From: Candidatus Hodarchaeota archaeon
Lineage (GTDB): Archaea; Asgardarchaeota; Heimdallarchaeia; Hodarchaeales; Hodarchaeaceae
Length of the DNA: 22,436 nt
Direction of reading: 5' to 3'
NCBI GenBank assembly: GCA_029856365.1
Contig: JAHQWW010000058.1
Coordinates: forward strand, 1-22,436
Shown: positions 8,767-18,791 of the stretch, in pieces
How positions within the stretch are numbered: the stretch's first letter is position 1
Layout of the letters: each line of letters opens with the position of its first letter
Notes under the pieces: generated by a model
What the model saw: only the letters and a program-made list of their open reading frames with translations
Databases searched by the model: none
Told to the model about the DNA's origin: nothing
Program-made: the position numbers and the translations under genes

Positions 8767-9287
8767 TCTTCTTCACCAAATTCTTCGTCCTCTGACAACT
8801 CTAGATCCTCAATGTCTATCTCTTCTAGGAGTTCATCATCAAGCTCTAATTCTTCTTCAAGATCACCTAGATCGATTTTGGCTGAAATTGGATTTAATAT
8901 ACGTATATTGAGTAATTCAGCTTCCATAATGATTTTTTCTCTCTTTTTCCTACCTATATTTGCTGCAATGCGTCCAACTTGTCGATTAGAATCAATTAAA
9001 GATAGATCTACAGGTGAAAAAATTAAAATTTCTTCTTTTCCTGAAGATGATTGATAACGAACCTTTTTAGGACTTCGAAAACCAATCATTGGAGAGATCG
9101 GCCATCCACCTTTCTTTTTACGGGTTTTAGAATCAATCCCACGTGCTTTTCGCCATCTTTCCTTTACTCGCTTATATCGCCAAGATTCAATCCGTCGAAA
9201 AGTAGGCCGTTTACGCTTTAAATTTTCACGGATTTTTCTCAGACGTATAATCTCTGATTGGGTTTTATCTTCTGGAATATTGGCCAT
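8763..9287 (-). CDS. rpl32e: 50S ribosomal protein eL32 with acidic C-terminal tail
   Basis: KRPTFRRIESWRYKRVKERWRKARGIDSKTR, GFRSPKKVR, NIRILNP. Confidence 0.96.
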   Translation of the reverse strand: MANIPEDKTQSEIIRLRKIRENLKRKRPTFRRIESWRYKRVKERWRKARGIDSKTRKKKGGWPISPMIGFRSPKKVRYQSSSGKEEILIFSPVDLSLIDSNRQVGRIAANIGRKKREKIIMEAELLNIRILNPISAKIDLGDLEEELELDDELLEEIDIEDLELSEDEEFGEEE

Positions 9288-9808
9288 TTATTTTCCATCC
9301 TTTCTTTAAATGTGGGAATTATTTTTTTAGCCGCAATATAACGATTTCCAATGTGTTCCAAAAATTTTAGGAATGTTCATCTTCAATTATCATCATTTGA
9401 CGCATGATCCGTTAATAAAGATCAGCGAGAGCCCCGAAGAAGCGACTGTTGCGACTCTATTTAAGTGATACAGGAGGAGTATTTTCGAGGATTCTTAAGT
9501 TATTGTCGACTCTATTGACAATAAAATCAACATTTAAACGGAGATTTCGAGCTATAGACAACTAGTATCCATTCATAAATAAAAATTAATCTTTTTAGCC
9601 TTGATATTTCAATTGAGATTGATAAAAACTTAATTAGTTATTCTTTACTAATTATTTTAAACCTCTGTACATGATTCATTCAGGGTCATTGATAAACACT
9701 GATTCATTTCATGTTAAAAATTGGTACCTTATTTAGTGGAGCTAGATAATATAACTGAAAATTAAATGGTATCATAGTATAAAAAACTTCCAAAGTGGGG
9801 ATCAACCT

Positions 9809-10102
9809 ATGATAGTTACTCATACAAAACAGTTCTGGATTAAACCAAGCAAAACTCTTTTATGGCCCTATCATGTGTTAAAGAACCTTTACAATGAATG
9901 TAATTACCAAATCTCTCAGGAATTTTTCAATGATGGCTGTTGGATTCGCTATTGTTACTTTTACCATTTCATTAAGACCTCTAATAACCATCAAAAACTT
10001 CTAGCTCAGACGGGTCAACAGATCTTGAAAAAACTTGATAGAAACTTGAGATCATTCAAATTTAATAACTTATCTGAATCTTCAAACGATAAACAAACTT
10101 GA
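9809..10102 (+). pseudogene. tnpB: truncated IS200/IS605 TnpB (N-terminal HTH/REC part only)
   Basis: KNLYNECNYQISQEFF...WIRY...LLAQTGQQILKKLDRNLRSF matches the TnpB N-terminus pattern (KNLYN.ANY..RQ.FF...LPAQ.AQQ.L..LD..WKSFF); no RuvC or Zn-ribbon follows. Confidence 0.82.
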
Positions 10103-10263
10103 TCGATCTTAGTAAAAGTTGCAGAATATCTATAAGCTGATAAAGTTAATCTAGGAGAGTATTATTAATTCGCACCATTGTTGAAAATGCATTTAATGAA
10201 ATAAACGAATATTTAACTGAAATAACAAAATTAAATACGCAAAAAATCGAATTTTGTAAAATC

Positions 10264-11307
10264 TTGCGTTCTTTAAACCCTAATTTGTCAGATCTACCTC
10301 CACATTTATATAATTTGATTTATGATAACCAAATGTTTACTCAGTTATTCCCTCAAGACATTTCGGGGCTAACAATTGGAGGTGTTGATGGAGGATATGC
10401 TTCACGTTTGTTTATTGGCTTTGATATCTTTGCCTTTCGTGCTGTCGCTGTATTTTCGACTTACACTCCAGAAGGAATTCAAAAAACTACCTATTATCCT
10501 ACTAAAACCCCTCCCTTAGAGATCGCAGTATCCGATGTAGGGTTATCATTAATGGATTTCGAGAATATGGGGACGATACGTCGTGCGATTACTGAATTAC
10601 AGATAGCATCCCAAGTCCTCGAGCAGAGTAACAAAAAATTGGACATCCTACTCTTAGATGGAAGTCCTGTTATAAGAAAACCTCTTACTAAAAGTCGAAA
10701 AATCTTAAATTATTACCAGACGTATTTATCTATACTTTCAAGGTTGGTCTTACTTGCAAGAAAACAGGGAATTAAAATGGCTTGGATTGTTAAAGATAGT
10801 CGATTAAACTTGTTCACAAAATTCCTCGGTCAAATTATACCATTCATTGTTGAAGAAATGTCTGATATTCTTTCTTTAGATTATCGTAGAATAATCAAGA
10901 GAAGTCGTGATATGGATCTATTTTACTACCTCTTAGAACCTAATGTTCGATCTATGGCCTATCATCGTCAGTTTAGCATATCAAAACAATTTAATCAAGA
11001 ATTTACTCTTTATGCATATTATTTAAAGACTGCTCCCTTTGACATTCCTATTCGTGTAGAATTATTCCAATCCATTCATAGAGATCAAACTGATCTTACA
11101 AAGGAGATTAATTTCATCTCAGAGGCAATTTTACCAGTTTCCCAATACAACAAGAATTATGGAATTCCTGCTCCTATCGTCGAAGCAGATGCACGAGCTA
11201 AAATTAAGAAAACCGAAATAGATGCTCTTTTCCAACTGATACGGATTCGTCATCCGACTCCAGATTTATGGTTTTACCGCAGAAAAAGGGCCCCTTGGAA
11301 ATTTTAA
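10264..11307 (+). CDS. nurA: DNA double-strand break repair nuclease NurA
   Basis: GVDGG, LLLDGS, VKDS, YGIPAPIVEADARAKI; directly upstream of herA. Confidence 0.9.
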   Translation: MRSLNPNLSDLPPHLYNLIYDNQMFTQLFPQDISGLTIGGVDGGYASRLFIGFDIFAFRAVAVFSTYTPEGIQKTTYYPTKTPPLEIAVSDVGLSLMDFENMGTIRRAITELQIASQVLEQSNKKLDILLLDGSPVIRKPLTKSRKILNYYQTYLSILSRLVLLARKQGIKMAWIVKDSRLNLFTKFLGQIIPFIVEEMSDILSLDYRRIIKRSRDMDLFYYLLEPNVRSMAYHRQFSISKQFNQEFTLYAYYLKTAPFDIPIRVELFQSIHRDQTDLTKEINFISEAILPVSQYNKNYGIPAPIVEADARAKIKKTEIDALFQLIRIRHPTPDLWFYRRKRAPWKF

Positions 11308-11328
11308 ACTAAGATAAGTGAAAAAGCC

Positions 11329-12813
11329 ATGGCTGCAATTGGAACAGTAGTTGCCACACCAGACTCACCAAGTCTAGAAAATATTGAATTTATCATCGAT
11401 AAGAATGCTCAACCACAAATTGAAAGAGGGCAATTTGTGACAATTCCAAAGAATAAAAATCAAGTAGTTTTGGGCATTATTACAAGTATAAAGAAGTATA
11501 ACGCTTATTATGAAACTATAGACTCAAGTATACACGAAATATCATCACGAAATTATGAAGCCATTTTTCCTATCAAAGAATGGGAAAACACTCTAGCAAA
11601 TGCTAAACCTCTTGGAGAAATAAATTTTACAAATGAAAGAATAACCCGATTGAAGTTTCCTGTCTCTCCTGGGTCAAAAATATATGTTGCTTCATCTTCA
11701 ATTGTATCGAAGTTTTTAGGACTTGATAAGAATGGAATATATTGGGGAGATCTTTCTTCTAACAATGTAAAAATAAGGGTAAGTCTTTCCAGATTATTAC
11801 GTAAACATCTTGCTATTTTAGCAATTTCTGGTGCTGGGAAATCTTATGCTGCATCTATTTTATTAGAAGAGTTACATAAAACAGGAAGTATTAGCGTTCT
11901 TGTCATAGATCCTCATGGAGAATATTCCAGTATGGTACCGACCAATGTAGAAAATACAAACACAAAGGTTATTAGAGGTTCATTCATATCAATTGGAATT
12001 CCAGAACTATCAGCATGGGAGATTTCGGAATTTATTCCAGAAATATCAGTTGTACAAACGAGAGTTTTAGATAATATCATTTCTAATATTCGAAAAAAGA
12101 ATAGAAATCATTATGGCTTACAAGATATCATTCAAATAATTGATACTTCAGAAAAGATCAATGTCCGAACAAAAGAAGCTCTAATTGGCTGGTTATACTC
12201 TTTACAACGTACACATCTGTTTTCTACGGAAACTAGTCCAAATCTTTCAGAACTATTTCAACCTGGTAAGATTGTTATTTTGGACTTATCAGAGATTACA
12301 AATCTACGAAGTCGAAGTATTATTGTGTTACATTTCCTGAGTCGTCTTTATTACCAACGTACTCGTGGTGAAATTCCCCCATCTTTATTTGTGATTGAAG
12401 AAGCTCATCAGTTCTGTCCTCAAGGCTCTCGTTCTATTTCAAAACGTATTATCGAGACAATAGCGCGTGAAGGAAGAAAATTTTATGCTTCCTTATGTTT
12501 GATATCACAACGTCCTGTGAATCTATCTGTAACGGCTCTTTCTCAATGTAATACTAATTTAATTCTTCGTATAAGAAACCCTTATGACCAGGATTTCATT
12601 GGAAAAACTTCTGAAGGTATTGATCGCTCTACTCTCAAAATGATACCTGATTTAGAAATTGGAGAGGCTCTCTTGGTTGGAGAAGGCATCAATTACCCAA
12701 CTTTCTTTCGGATTAGATCACGAACCTTTTACAATAAAGTTACATCACCAGATTTAGAGACAATGGCAGATAAGTATAAAGAAGCCTGGAGTGTTAAACG
12801 TAATACATCTTAG
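11329..12813 (+). CDS. herA: HerA helicase/ATPase
   Basis: N-terminal HAS barrel, HLAILAISGAGKS Walker A, IDPHGEY, Walker B VIEEAH, AREGRKF, ISQRP. Confidence 0.92.
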   Translation: MAAIGTVVATPDSPSLENIEFIIDKNAQPQIERGQFVTIPKNKNQVVLGIITSIKKYNAYYETIDSSIHEISSRNYEAIFPIKEWENTLANAKPLGEINFTNERITRLKFPVSPGSKIYVASSSIVSKFLGLDKNGIYWGDLSSNNVKIRVSLSRLLRKHLAILAISGAGKSYAASILLEELHKTGSISVLVIDPHGEYSSMVPTNVENTNTKVIRGSFISIGIPELSAWEISEFIPEISVVQTRVLDNIISNIRKKNRNHYGLQDIIQIIDTSEKINVRTKEALIGWLYSLQRTHLFSTETSPNLSELFQPGKIVILDLSEITNLRSRSIIVLHFLSRLYYQRTRGEIPPSLFVIEEAHQFCPQGSRSISKRIIETIAREGRKFYASLCLISQRPVNLSVTALSQCNTNLILRIRNPYDQDFIGKTSEGIDRSTLKMIPDLEIGEALLVGEGINYPTFFRIRSRTFYNKVTSPDLETMADKYKEAWSVKRNTS

Positions 12814-13043
12814 AATTCATTGTTTTTAACTCCTAACTATGTTCAAGTCGATTATATAGTGGCGAATGCTATTAGAAGCTTATGTACATTCACATTTCAA
12901 AAAAATCTGGAAATATACATTATAAAAACGTGTTTTGAAACATGAGAAGAGTTGGGACTTTCTCGAATGTACTATTTATATAAATAATGAAATAAGCCTT
13001 TCCTGAGAATATTTTCTTATAAAAACAGCGGAGACATTAATTT

Positions 13044-13178
13044 TTGGCACTTATTAATTGGTATTATGCAAAATTCATTGCTAGTGCTTTGGTTATTATC
13101 GTTCTTCTTTTAATATTGGCATATTTACTATTCTACAATGAGGAAGAGGAAGATTTGGAAGAGGAAATAGAAATATAA
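13044..13178 (+). CDS. putative 44-aa single-pass membrane protein with acidic tail (not in ORF track)
   Basis: TTG-start ORF MALINWYYAKFIASALVIIVLLLILAYLLFYNEEEEDLEEEIEI*; GGAG and TTATAAAA upstream. Confidence 0.55.
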   Translation: MALINWYYAKFIASALVIIVLLLILAYLLFYNEEEEDLEEEIEI

Positions 13179-13443
13179 CTTTAACTCTGTTTTATCAAGA
13201 AGTAATCCCATAGAATTCTAAGAGAAACTATCTAATAAAACAACCTGCTGACAACTTAAATGAAAGCCTTTCAGTATTATTTAAAGAAAAAATAATAATA
13301 ATGCACTCTATCCTATAGATTGATTTATTTAAGAAAATATTCAGAATTTTCAGGCAAGTTAGTACTACAGAACTCTTAAAGACTACTCTAAGTCTCGGCT
13401 TATTGTATGTTTTTGACTGCAAAAAATAAGGAGCTAATGTTTA

Positions 13444-14049
13444 TTGAGCCATCGGTCACGATCACCTCGTAGAATGGTAGATAAGTGGTCTGCTAAACAG
13501 TTATATCAAATTTACTCTCCATCTAGCTTTTTGGAAGGTGAAGAAAAGATTATAGGTGAAACTATAGCTGATGATCCTAATAAACTTACAGGCCGTGTTA
13601 TTGAAGTTTCACTTGCAGATATTAACAATGATTATTCAAAGATGCATGTAAAACTAGAGTTTCAGATTGTTGATGTTGTTGGTAATAAAGCACGAACTAG
13701 ATTTAAAGGACATTCTTTTGCAAGAGATTATTTAAGATTTCTTGTCAGAAGACGACGAACACGTATTGACAGTATAAGTACAGTAAAAACTAAGGATGGA
13801 GTTCCTTTCAGAGTTACAGTTACAGGTTTCACAGCTAATCGTTCAAAAACAAGTAAGAAAGATGCAATTAGACGTAAAATGTTAGATGTTGTTGCAAAGC
13901 GCGCTGGAGAACTTGATAGTGAAGATTTTATTCGTGAAGCAACTGGGGGAAAGTTATCTTCACTTGTTTATTTTCAATGTAAACCAATTTATCCACTAAA
14001 AGGCGTAGAAATCCAAAAAACGCGGATTTTAAAGGCGATCACGGACTAA
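13444..14049 (+). CDS. rps3ae: 30S ribosomal protein eS1 (S3Ae)
   Basis: DKWSAKQLYQIYSP, GRVIEVSLAD, RDYLRFLVRRRRTRID, IYPLKGVEIQK; TTG start after AGGAG. Confidence 0.96.
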   Translation: MSHRSRSPRRMVDKWSAKQLYQIYSPSSFLEGEEKIIGETIADDPNKLTGRVIEVSLADINNDYSKMHVKLEFQIVDVVGNKARTRFKGHSFARDYLRFLVRRRRTRIDSISTVKTKDGVPFRVTVTGFTANRSKTSKKDAIRRKMLDVVAKRAGELDSEDFIREATGGKLSSLVYFQCKPIYPLKGVEIQKTRILKAITD

Positions 14050-14304
14050 TTATAAGCTAGTCCGTAATTTTATGACGTTCTCTGTCATTTGGAATGCAGA
14101 CAATAAATCTATCAAAGTAGCTAACATTGTTTCAATACTTTTCACATTTTTTATTGTATATATTATACTTTCAGCAATGCAAACAGAATTGAAAGTCATA
14201 GGTGGTTCTGAAAGATTATCTGGATCAATGGCTGCATGAATTATCCTGACATCCTCAATAGATCCAATTATCTTAATTAACGCGTTTATATTCTTAATGG
14301 GCAT
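14050..14304 (-). CDS. pcc1: KEOPS complex subunit Pcc1
   Basis: 84 aa, AAIDPDN motif, C-terminal helix; conserved position downstream of the RecJ/GAN gene in the uS15 cluster. Confidence 0.75.
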   Translation of the reverse strand: MPIKNINALIKIIGSIEDVRIIHAAIDPDNLSEPPMTFNSVCIAESIIYTIKNVKSIETMLATLIDLLSAFQMTENVIKLRTSL

Positions 14305-14307
14305 TTA

Positions 14308-15726
14308 TTACAAACCTTCTTTAATCAAATGGTTAATCTGGGCTATAAAATCATCCAGAAAAGTTTCTGAAATTATTGCTCCTGCAGCAGCATCATGTCC
14401 TCCTACTTCTGATTCTGGTTCCACATCCTGAACAACTTGATTCAATAAACGACCAAGATCAATTACTTGGTCTTGAAAACGAGATAATCTCATACTTATC
14501 TTGACTCTTCCCGAAGCAGTTAATGCGCACCCTAAAAATGGTTTTGGATTTATATCTCTCCTAGAACTCAGTATTGAAATGATAGTACCTATCATTCTCT
14601 CATTTATGGATTTTCGTCCATCTAATAAATGGATGGATGTTAGTTCCTGCAAGTGACCTTCAGATAATGCCCACTTCAGATTCTGAGCGATAATTCTGGA
14701 ATATTCATTCTCTACTAATTTAAGATCACGTAAAGTTGTCTGACGGTCACCAAGACACAATGATATTCCGATGTCATGACGTTGTAGCTTTCCACAAGCA
14801 TTTAATTTTGAAGCAAAAACACGAGCATCTTTTAAAAAGTTGATTTCCTCACGAATCAGCTGATAATCCCTTTTATAAATTTCATCAGGATCTATATTAT
14901 ATTGCACAATTAGTTCAGAGGCCAAACGCCGACATTCTTCTTCATTTAGATCATAAAAATTTCTTTCATCATCCCCTTTTTTAAAGGGAATTTCTAACTT
15001 TTCTAAAAAAGCTCTGATTTCTATTTCATTCTCAAAACCTAAAAATTCAGCACGTCTTAAAACCGAGATGATAGGGCGAGTTCGATCAAAGAACCATACA
15101 GAAACATTATCTGAAACCATTTCTAACTTCTTTGCATCTTCGACAATGAGTTTGTTTAGTCCAATCACAGATGAATATTCCCCTTGATCTTGACGATCCC
15201 CAAGAGCTCCAATAAGGGCTAATGGTGCTAGATATTTATTCTGGGGATTTAAATGTATTGAAACAAAGTAAACCACACCTGCACCACTCAATTCAGTGGC
15301 TCCATTGATAGAATAATTATGGGGATTGAGATGTCTAATGTTTCCACTTAATTCTATCTTTGAAGTGGGGGAATGATGATCTAAGATGAAAATTTCTTGA
15401 GATGTTTTCCATTGTGAAAATGCTTCTAAAACACCAGTCCCAATATCTGAAAAAATGATGGTACTTTCATGAGGTAATGTATCCTTGAGATTATTCAAGG
15501 TTTTATATTCTAAACGCTCAAGAATACGAATTTGGAAGTTAATATCTGCTTGTGAGAGTGTGGCGGCTAATATCGAAGCTGCGGCCAATCCATCCGCGTC
15601 AAAATGAGAAAAAATAATGAAGGGTGAACTTTTTTCGATTGTTTGTATATCTTCAGCTACTATTTGACATGCCTCGAAAAAAGAGGCCTTATTTGTCAAG
15701 TTAACTTTCTCCGTGATATTGGTCAA
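14308..15726 (-). CDS. RecJ/Cdc45-like DHH phosphoesterase (GAN-type)
   Basis: HFDADG, FSDIG, ILDHH, GALGDRQ, DHHA1 GGHDAAAG; uS15-RecJ-Pcc1-eS1 neighbourhood. Confidence 0.9.
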   Translation of the reverse strand: MTNITEKVNLTNKASFFEACQIVAEDIQTIEKSSPFIIFSHFDADGLAAASILAATLSQADINFQIRILERLEYKTLNNLKDTLPHESTIIFSDIGTGVLEAFSQWKTSQEIFILDHHSPTSKIELSGNIRHLNPHNYSINGATELSGAGVVYFVSIHLNPQNKYLAPLALIGALGDRQDQGEYSSVIGLNKLIVEDAKKLEMVSDNVSVWFFDRTRPIISVLRRAEFLGFENEIEIRAFLEKLEIPFKKGDDERNFYDLNEEECRRLASELIVQYNIDPDEIYKRDYQLIREEINFLKDARVFASKLNACGKLQRHDIGISLCLGDRQTTLRDLKLVENEYSRIIAQNLKWALSEGHLQELTSIHLLDGRKSINERMIGTIISILSSRRDINPKPFLGCALTASGRVKISMRLSRFQDQVIDLGRLLNQVVQDVEPESEVGGHDAAAGAIISETFLDDFIAQINHLIKEGL

Positions 15727-15802
15727 TCTTTTGAAGACTCTAGATGTTTTAGATAAATATTAATATAGATTTTCGTGAGATTTAGATTGATCTTAAAATG
15801 AG

Positions 15803-16726
15803 TCATATTAAACCCTTGTCAATTAATGTACGAAACTCCTCGAAAGATAGCTTTCGACCTTCCTCGAATTTTTTCTTTGCATCTTCGGTTTTTTCCTCAA
15901 TCTTTTCACGACGATGAGCATCTTGTTGAGCCCGATATTGTTGTTTATTTTTATTAATGTCTTGACGAATCCGGCTTATCTCGCGAATATAGCTAAGATA
16001 TTCATTATGAATAGAGTTTGCTTGTTCTTTTGCTTCTAGAAATTGTGCATGTAGCTCATCCGCTTGTTTTCGTAGTATATCGGCGTTTTTAAACGCCTGA
16101 ATCATTGTTTTATGGTGAAACCTACTTTCACGAGCTTGGGAACGAAGTTCATTTTCAAGTCCTCTGAATCTAGTTTTTAACACGTTGATTCGACTTGTTA
16201 TGGTTCTAAGGTCTCTAGCAACAACATCTGTTTCACGTACTTCACGAAATTTTTGTTCAAGTCGAGCGATTTTTTCAACAATTTCTCTCTCCTCTGTAAT
16301 TGATATATTAGAGGTTGTTTGGATCTTCCATTCTAGCTCTTGAATGTTATGTCGGATTTTTTTTGCAGAAGGTTCCGATTGGCGTTTTTGTTGGACCTTC
16401 TTCTCCTGGGTTTCATTTAATTGCTTATCTAATCTCCTAGCCTGTTCTTCAAATCCTTCAACTTCTTTTAGTAATAGCAATTTTTTTTCCTTGATCTCTG
16501 AAATCGATTCATTACATTTATCACGTTTTTCTCGTTCTTCTTTTGCGGTTTTAATTAGCTCTTTAACCTGTTCATTCAACAGATTCCGCTTATTAGCTAT
16601 TGAAGTAACCTTTCGATTGAATTCTTCTCTTTGTTGCTTGATATCTCGAGCCAATGCTTCCATATTAGAGATTTTTAGAAGAAATGATTCAATATCTTGT
16701 TCTGACAAGGGAGAACCTTCGTTCAA
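15803..16726 (-). CDS. conserved archaeal coiled-coil protein (COG1340-like)
   Basis: All-helical K/E/R/Q-rich, IQELEWKIQTT...EEREIVEKI, ADELHAQF, C-terminal KKFEEGRKLSFEEF. Confidence 0.8.
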   Translation of the reverse strand: MNEGSPLSEQDIESFLLKISNMEALARDIKQQREEFNRKVTSIANKRNLLNEQVKELIKTAKEEREKRDKCNESISEIKEKKLLLLKEVEGFEEQARRLDKQLNETQEKKVQQKRQSEPSAKKIRHNIQELEWKIQTTSNISITEEREIVEKIARLEQKFREVRETDVVARDLRTITSRINVLKTRFRGLENELRSQARESRFHHKTMIQAFKNADILRKQADELHAQFLEAKEQANSIHNEYLSYIREISRIRQDINKNKQQYRAQQDAHRREKIEEKTEDAKKKFEEGRKLSFEEFRTLIDKGLI

Positions 16727-16812
16727 TTTTCGAAACTCTTTTTTTTATCGACTCTTGAGTATGTTCCAATTGTTAATGATGTGATGCTTAACTTTAGAAG
16801 TTTGAAATCATC

Positions 16813-17271
16813 CTATCTTAGATAGAGTGTTGCTTTAGATGGCTCATACTTAAAGTCTGGTTCAAGAATACCTTTTTTCCGATAATATTTGACTAATCGT
16901 CTGATCTTTGACTCAATAAGTTGAAGTCCACGTCTTGAGTGTTTATCCTTTTTATTACCGCTCTCAAGATGGTTACGTAGATTCGATGCACGACGAACAA
17001 GATTCAGAAAGTCTTCGGGCATTTTTGATCCTAAATCATTTTCATTCATGATTCTCGTAATTGATTTCCCAGTGATTTTCTTGACACTTGGGATTGCATA
17101 TCCATCTCTGAGAATCAATCCTATCTGAGCGGATCCTACACCCTCTTTAGCCTTTTCAATAACTAAGTTTTCAATTTCCTCAGAAGAATAGGGGACCCAT
17201 TCTGGTGTTTTTCTCCATATTGGTCTAGTAGATCCGCTTTTTCCTTTTCGTCTTGCGTGCATTCTCGCCAT
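16813..17271 (-). CDS. rps15: 30S ribosomal protein uS15 (S13e)
   Basis: [49 protein letters not shown]. Confidence 0.98.
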   Translation of the reverse strand: MARMHARRKGKSGSTRPIWRKTPEWVPYSSEEIENLVIEKAKEGVGSAQIGLILRDGYAIPSVKKITGKSITRIMNENDLGSKMPEDFLNLVRRASNLRNHLESGNKKDKHSRRGLQLIESKIRRLVKYYRKKGILEPDFKYEPSKATLYLR

Positions 17272-17409
17272 TTATTGCTTCACCAAGAAATATAACTTAA
17301 AATCCTATTTTGTTAAGTGTTATATAATTTAACACCTAATAGTAATTATTTACTGGAGAATTTGTATGATACATAAATCTTATTTCATCCAATACAACCT
17401 CATTCTTTC

Positions 17410-18000
17410 ATGGTTGATTCAACTAGAACATTAAAAATTTTCTTTGCCACTAACAATATACACAAATATAATGAGATTAATGCAATATGTAAGCAGCATA
17501 CATTAATTCAACTTAAATTTTTGCAAACCTCCTTAGTAGAAATCCAATCATCAGATTTAGAAGAAATAGCCGCCTTTTCACTTAAAAAATGCTCAGGACT
17601 TGTCAAAAACAACCCCGTTTTCGTGGAAGACTCAGGTCTCTTTATAAAACAATTGAATGGCTTTCCAGGCCCCTACTCTGCTTTTATTTTTGAAACAATT
17701 GGTTTAAAGGGAATTCTGACTCTGATGGAAAAAATTAGGGATCGAGAGGCTTATTTTCAATCTAGTATTGCCTTAAAAATTAAGAATAAAGTTGAAATTT
17801 TCACAGGACGAGTGAAAGGACAAATATCACAGGATATTTCCGCCACAGGATGGGGATATGACCCTATTTTTATACCCCAAAGTAATGGAAAATATACTTT
17901 TGGTGAACTAGGTTCTAAAAAAAATGTAATTTCACATCGTTATTTTGCTACTCGTAAAATGATCAAGTTTCTTAATAAATATGTAATTTTGGTGGATTAG
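17410..18000 (+). CDS. rdgB: non-canonical purine NTP pyrophosphatase (RdgB/HAM1)
   Basis: FATNNIHKY, EDSGLFI..LNGFPGPYS, GWGYDPIF, KNVISHR. Confidence 0.95.
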   Translation: MVDSTRTLKIFFATNNIHKYNEINAICKQHTLIQLKFLQTSLVEIQSSDLEEIAAFSLKKCSGLVKNNPVFVEDSGLFIKQLNGFPGPYSAFIFETIGLKGILTLMEKIRDREAYFQSSIALKIKNKVEIFTGRVKGQISQDISATGWGYDPIFIPQSNGKYTFGELGSKKNVISHRYFATRKMIKFLNKYVILVD

Positions 18001-18714
18001 ATGTTTACTTCTAATACATCTATAAAGGAAAATAAGGTGTTAAATCTAGCATATTGTGATTTGATCTACTTATTGGATCGTAATTATCCTAAAAAAAGTG
18101 CTCTGACATTTGTGTCAAATCATTACACCCTTGATAAGAAATTACGAAACATCTTGAATCGTGCAGCGCTCCCATTAAAAATGGTTAAGACAATTCAGAA
18201 CAATCTTTTCGGGGATCCTGATTTATTAAAAGACAGAAACTTTCATATCGATGCTTACAATCAAATAATAACGTATTTCTCTATTATAAACCACGATCCT
18301 GTTATAATTTGTCGTGATGGAGTACTAAGAGATATATTTTCGTCATTGCATTCTAGGAAAGACTTATGTATTGATCGTGGGCTATTAATCCCATATTTTC
18401 GGGCTTTATTAAAGCTAGATCCAAAAAATATTTATTTCTACTTTGACAAACAGATAAGCTTTAGCAAAAATCATGCTAGATTGTTTTCAACCCTGATGCA
18501 AGAGTTTCAAATAACAGGTTCGTGTGGGATCCACAAAGCTGTCGATTGGAGTCTGAAAACCCAAACTGAGGAAGTAGTTTTTTCTCACGATACGGCTGTT
18601 TTAACAGTAGTTCCTTATTGTTTTGACTTTTTATCATGGTTTTTTAGCACGAATTTCCCGCGTATGCTATCCCAACGACTTTCCATTGATTTTCTGAATA
18701 TTACCTGCTTTTAA
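18001..18714 (+). CDS. DUF434-domain protein
   Basis: DLIYLLDRNYPKKSALTFVSNHY, IDAYN, CRDGVLRD, FDKQISFS typical of DUF434. Confidence 0.8.
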   Translation: MFTSNTSIKENKVLNLAYCDLIYLLDRNYPKKSALTFVSNHYTLDKKLRNILNRAALPLKMVKTIQNNLFGDPDLLKDRNFHIDAYNQIITYFSIINHDPVIICRDGVLRDIFSSLHSRKDLCIDRGLLIPYFRALLKLDPKNIYFYFDKQISFSKNHARLFSTLMQEFQITGSCGIHKAVDWSLKTQTEEVVFSHDTAVLTVVPYCFDFLSWFFSTNFPRMLSQRLSIDFLNITCF

Positions 18715-18791
18715 CAAGAATGTCCGAAAATTATTAAAACGGAACATCTTCTAACTTGTCCTAGGGAATAAATAACGAAACAACACGTATT

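Noticed and set aside
6176-9054. Plus-strand ORFs within the ribosomal block, and the extended N-termini of uL30 (to 7112) and uS5 (to 7821)
   Set aside because: Shadow ORFs; the extensions overlap neighbouring genes and precede the conserved N-termini.
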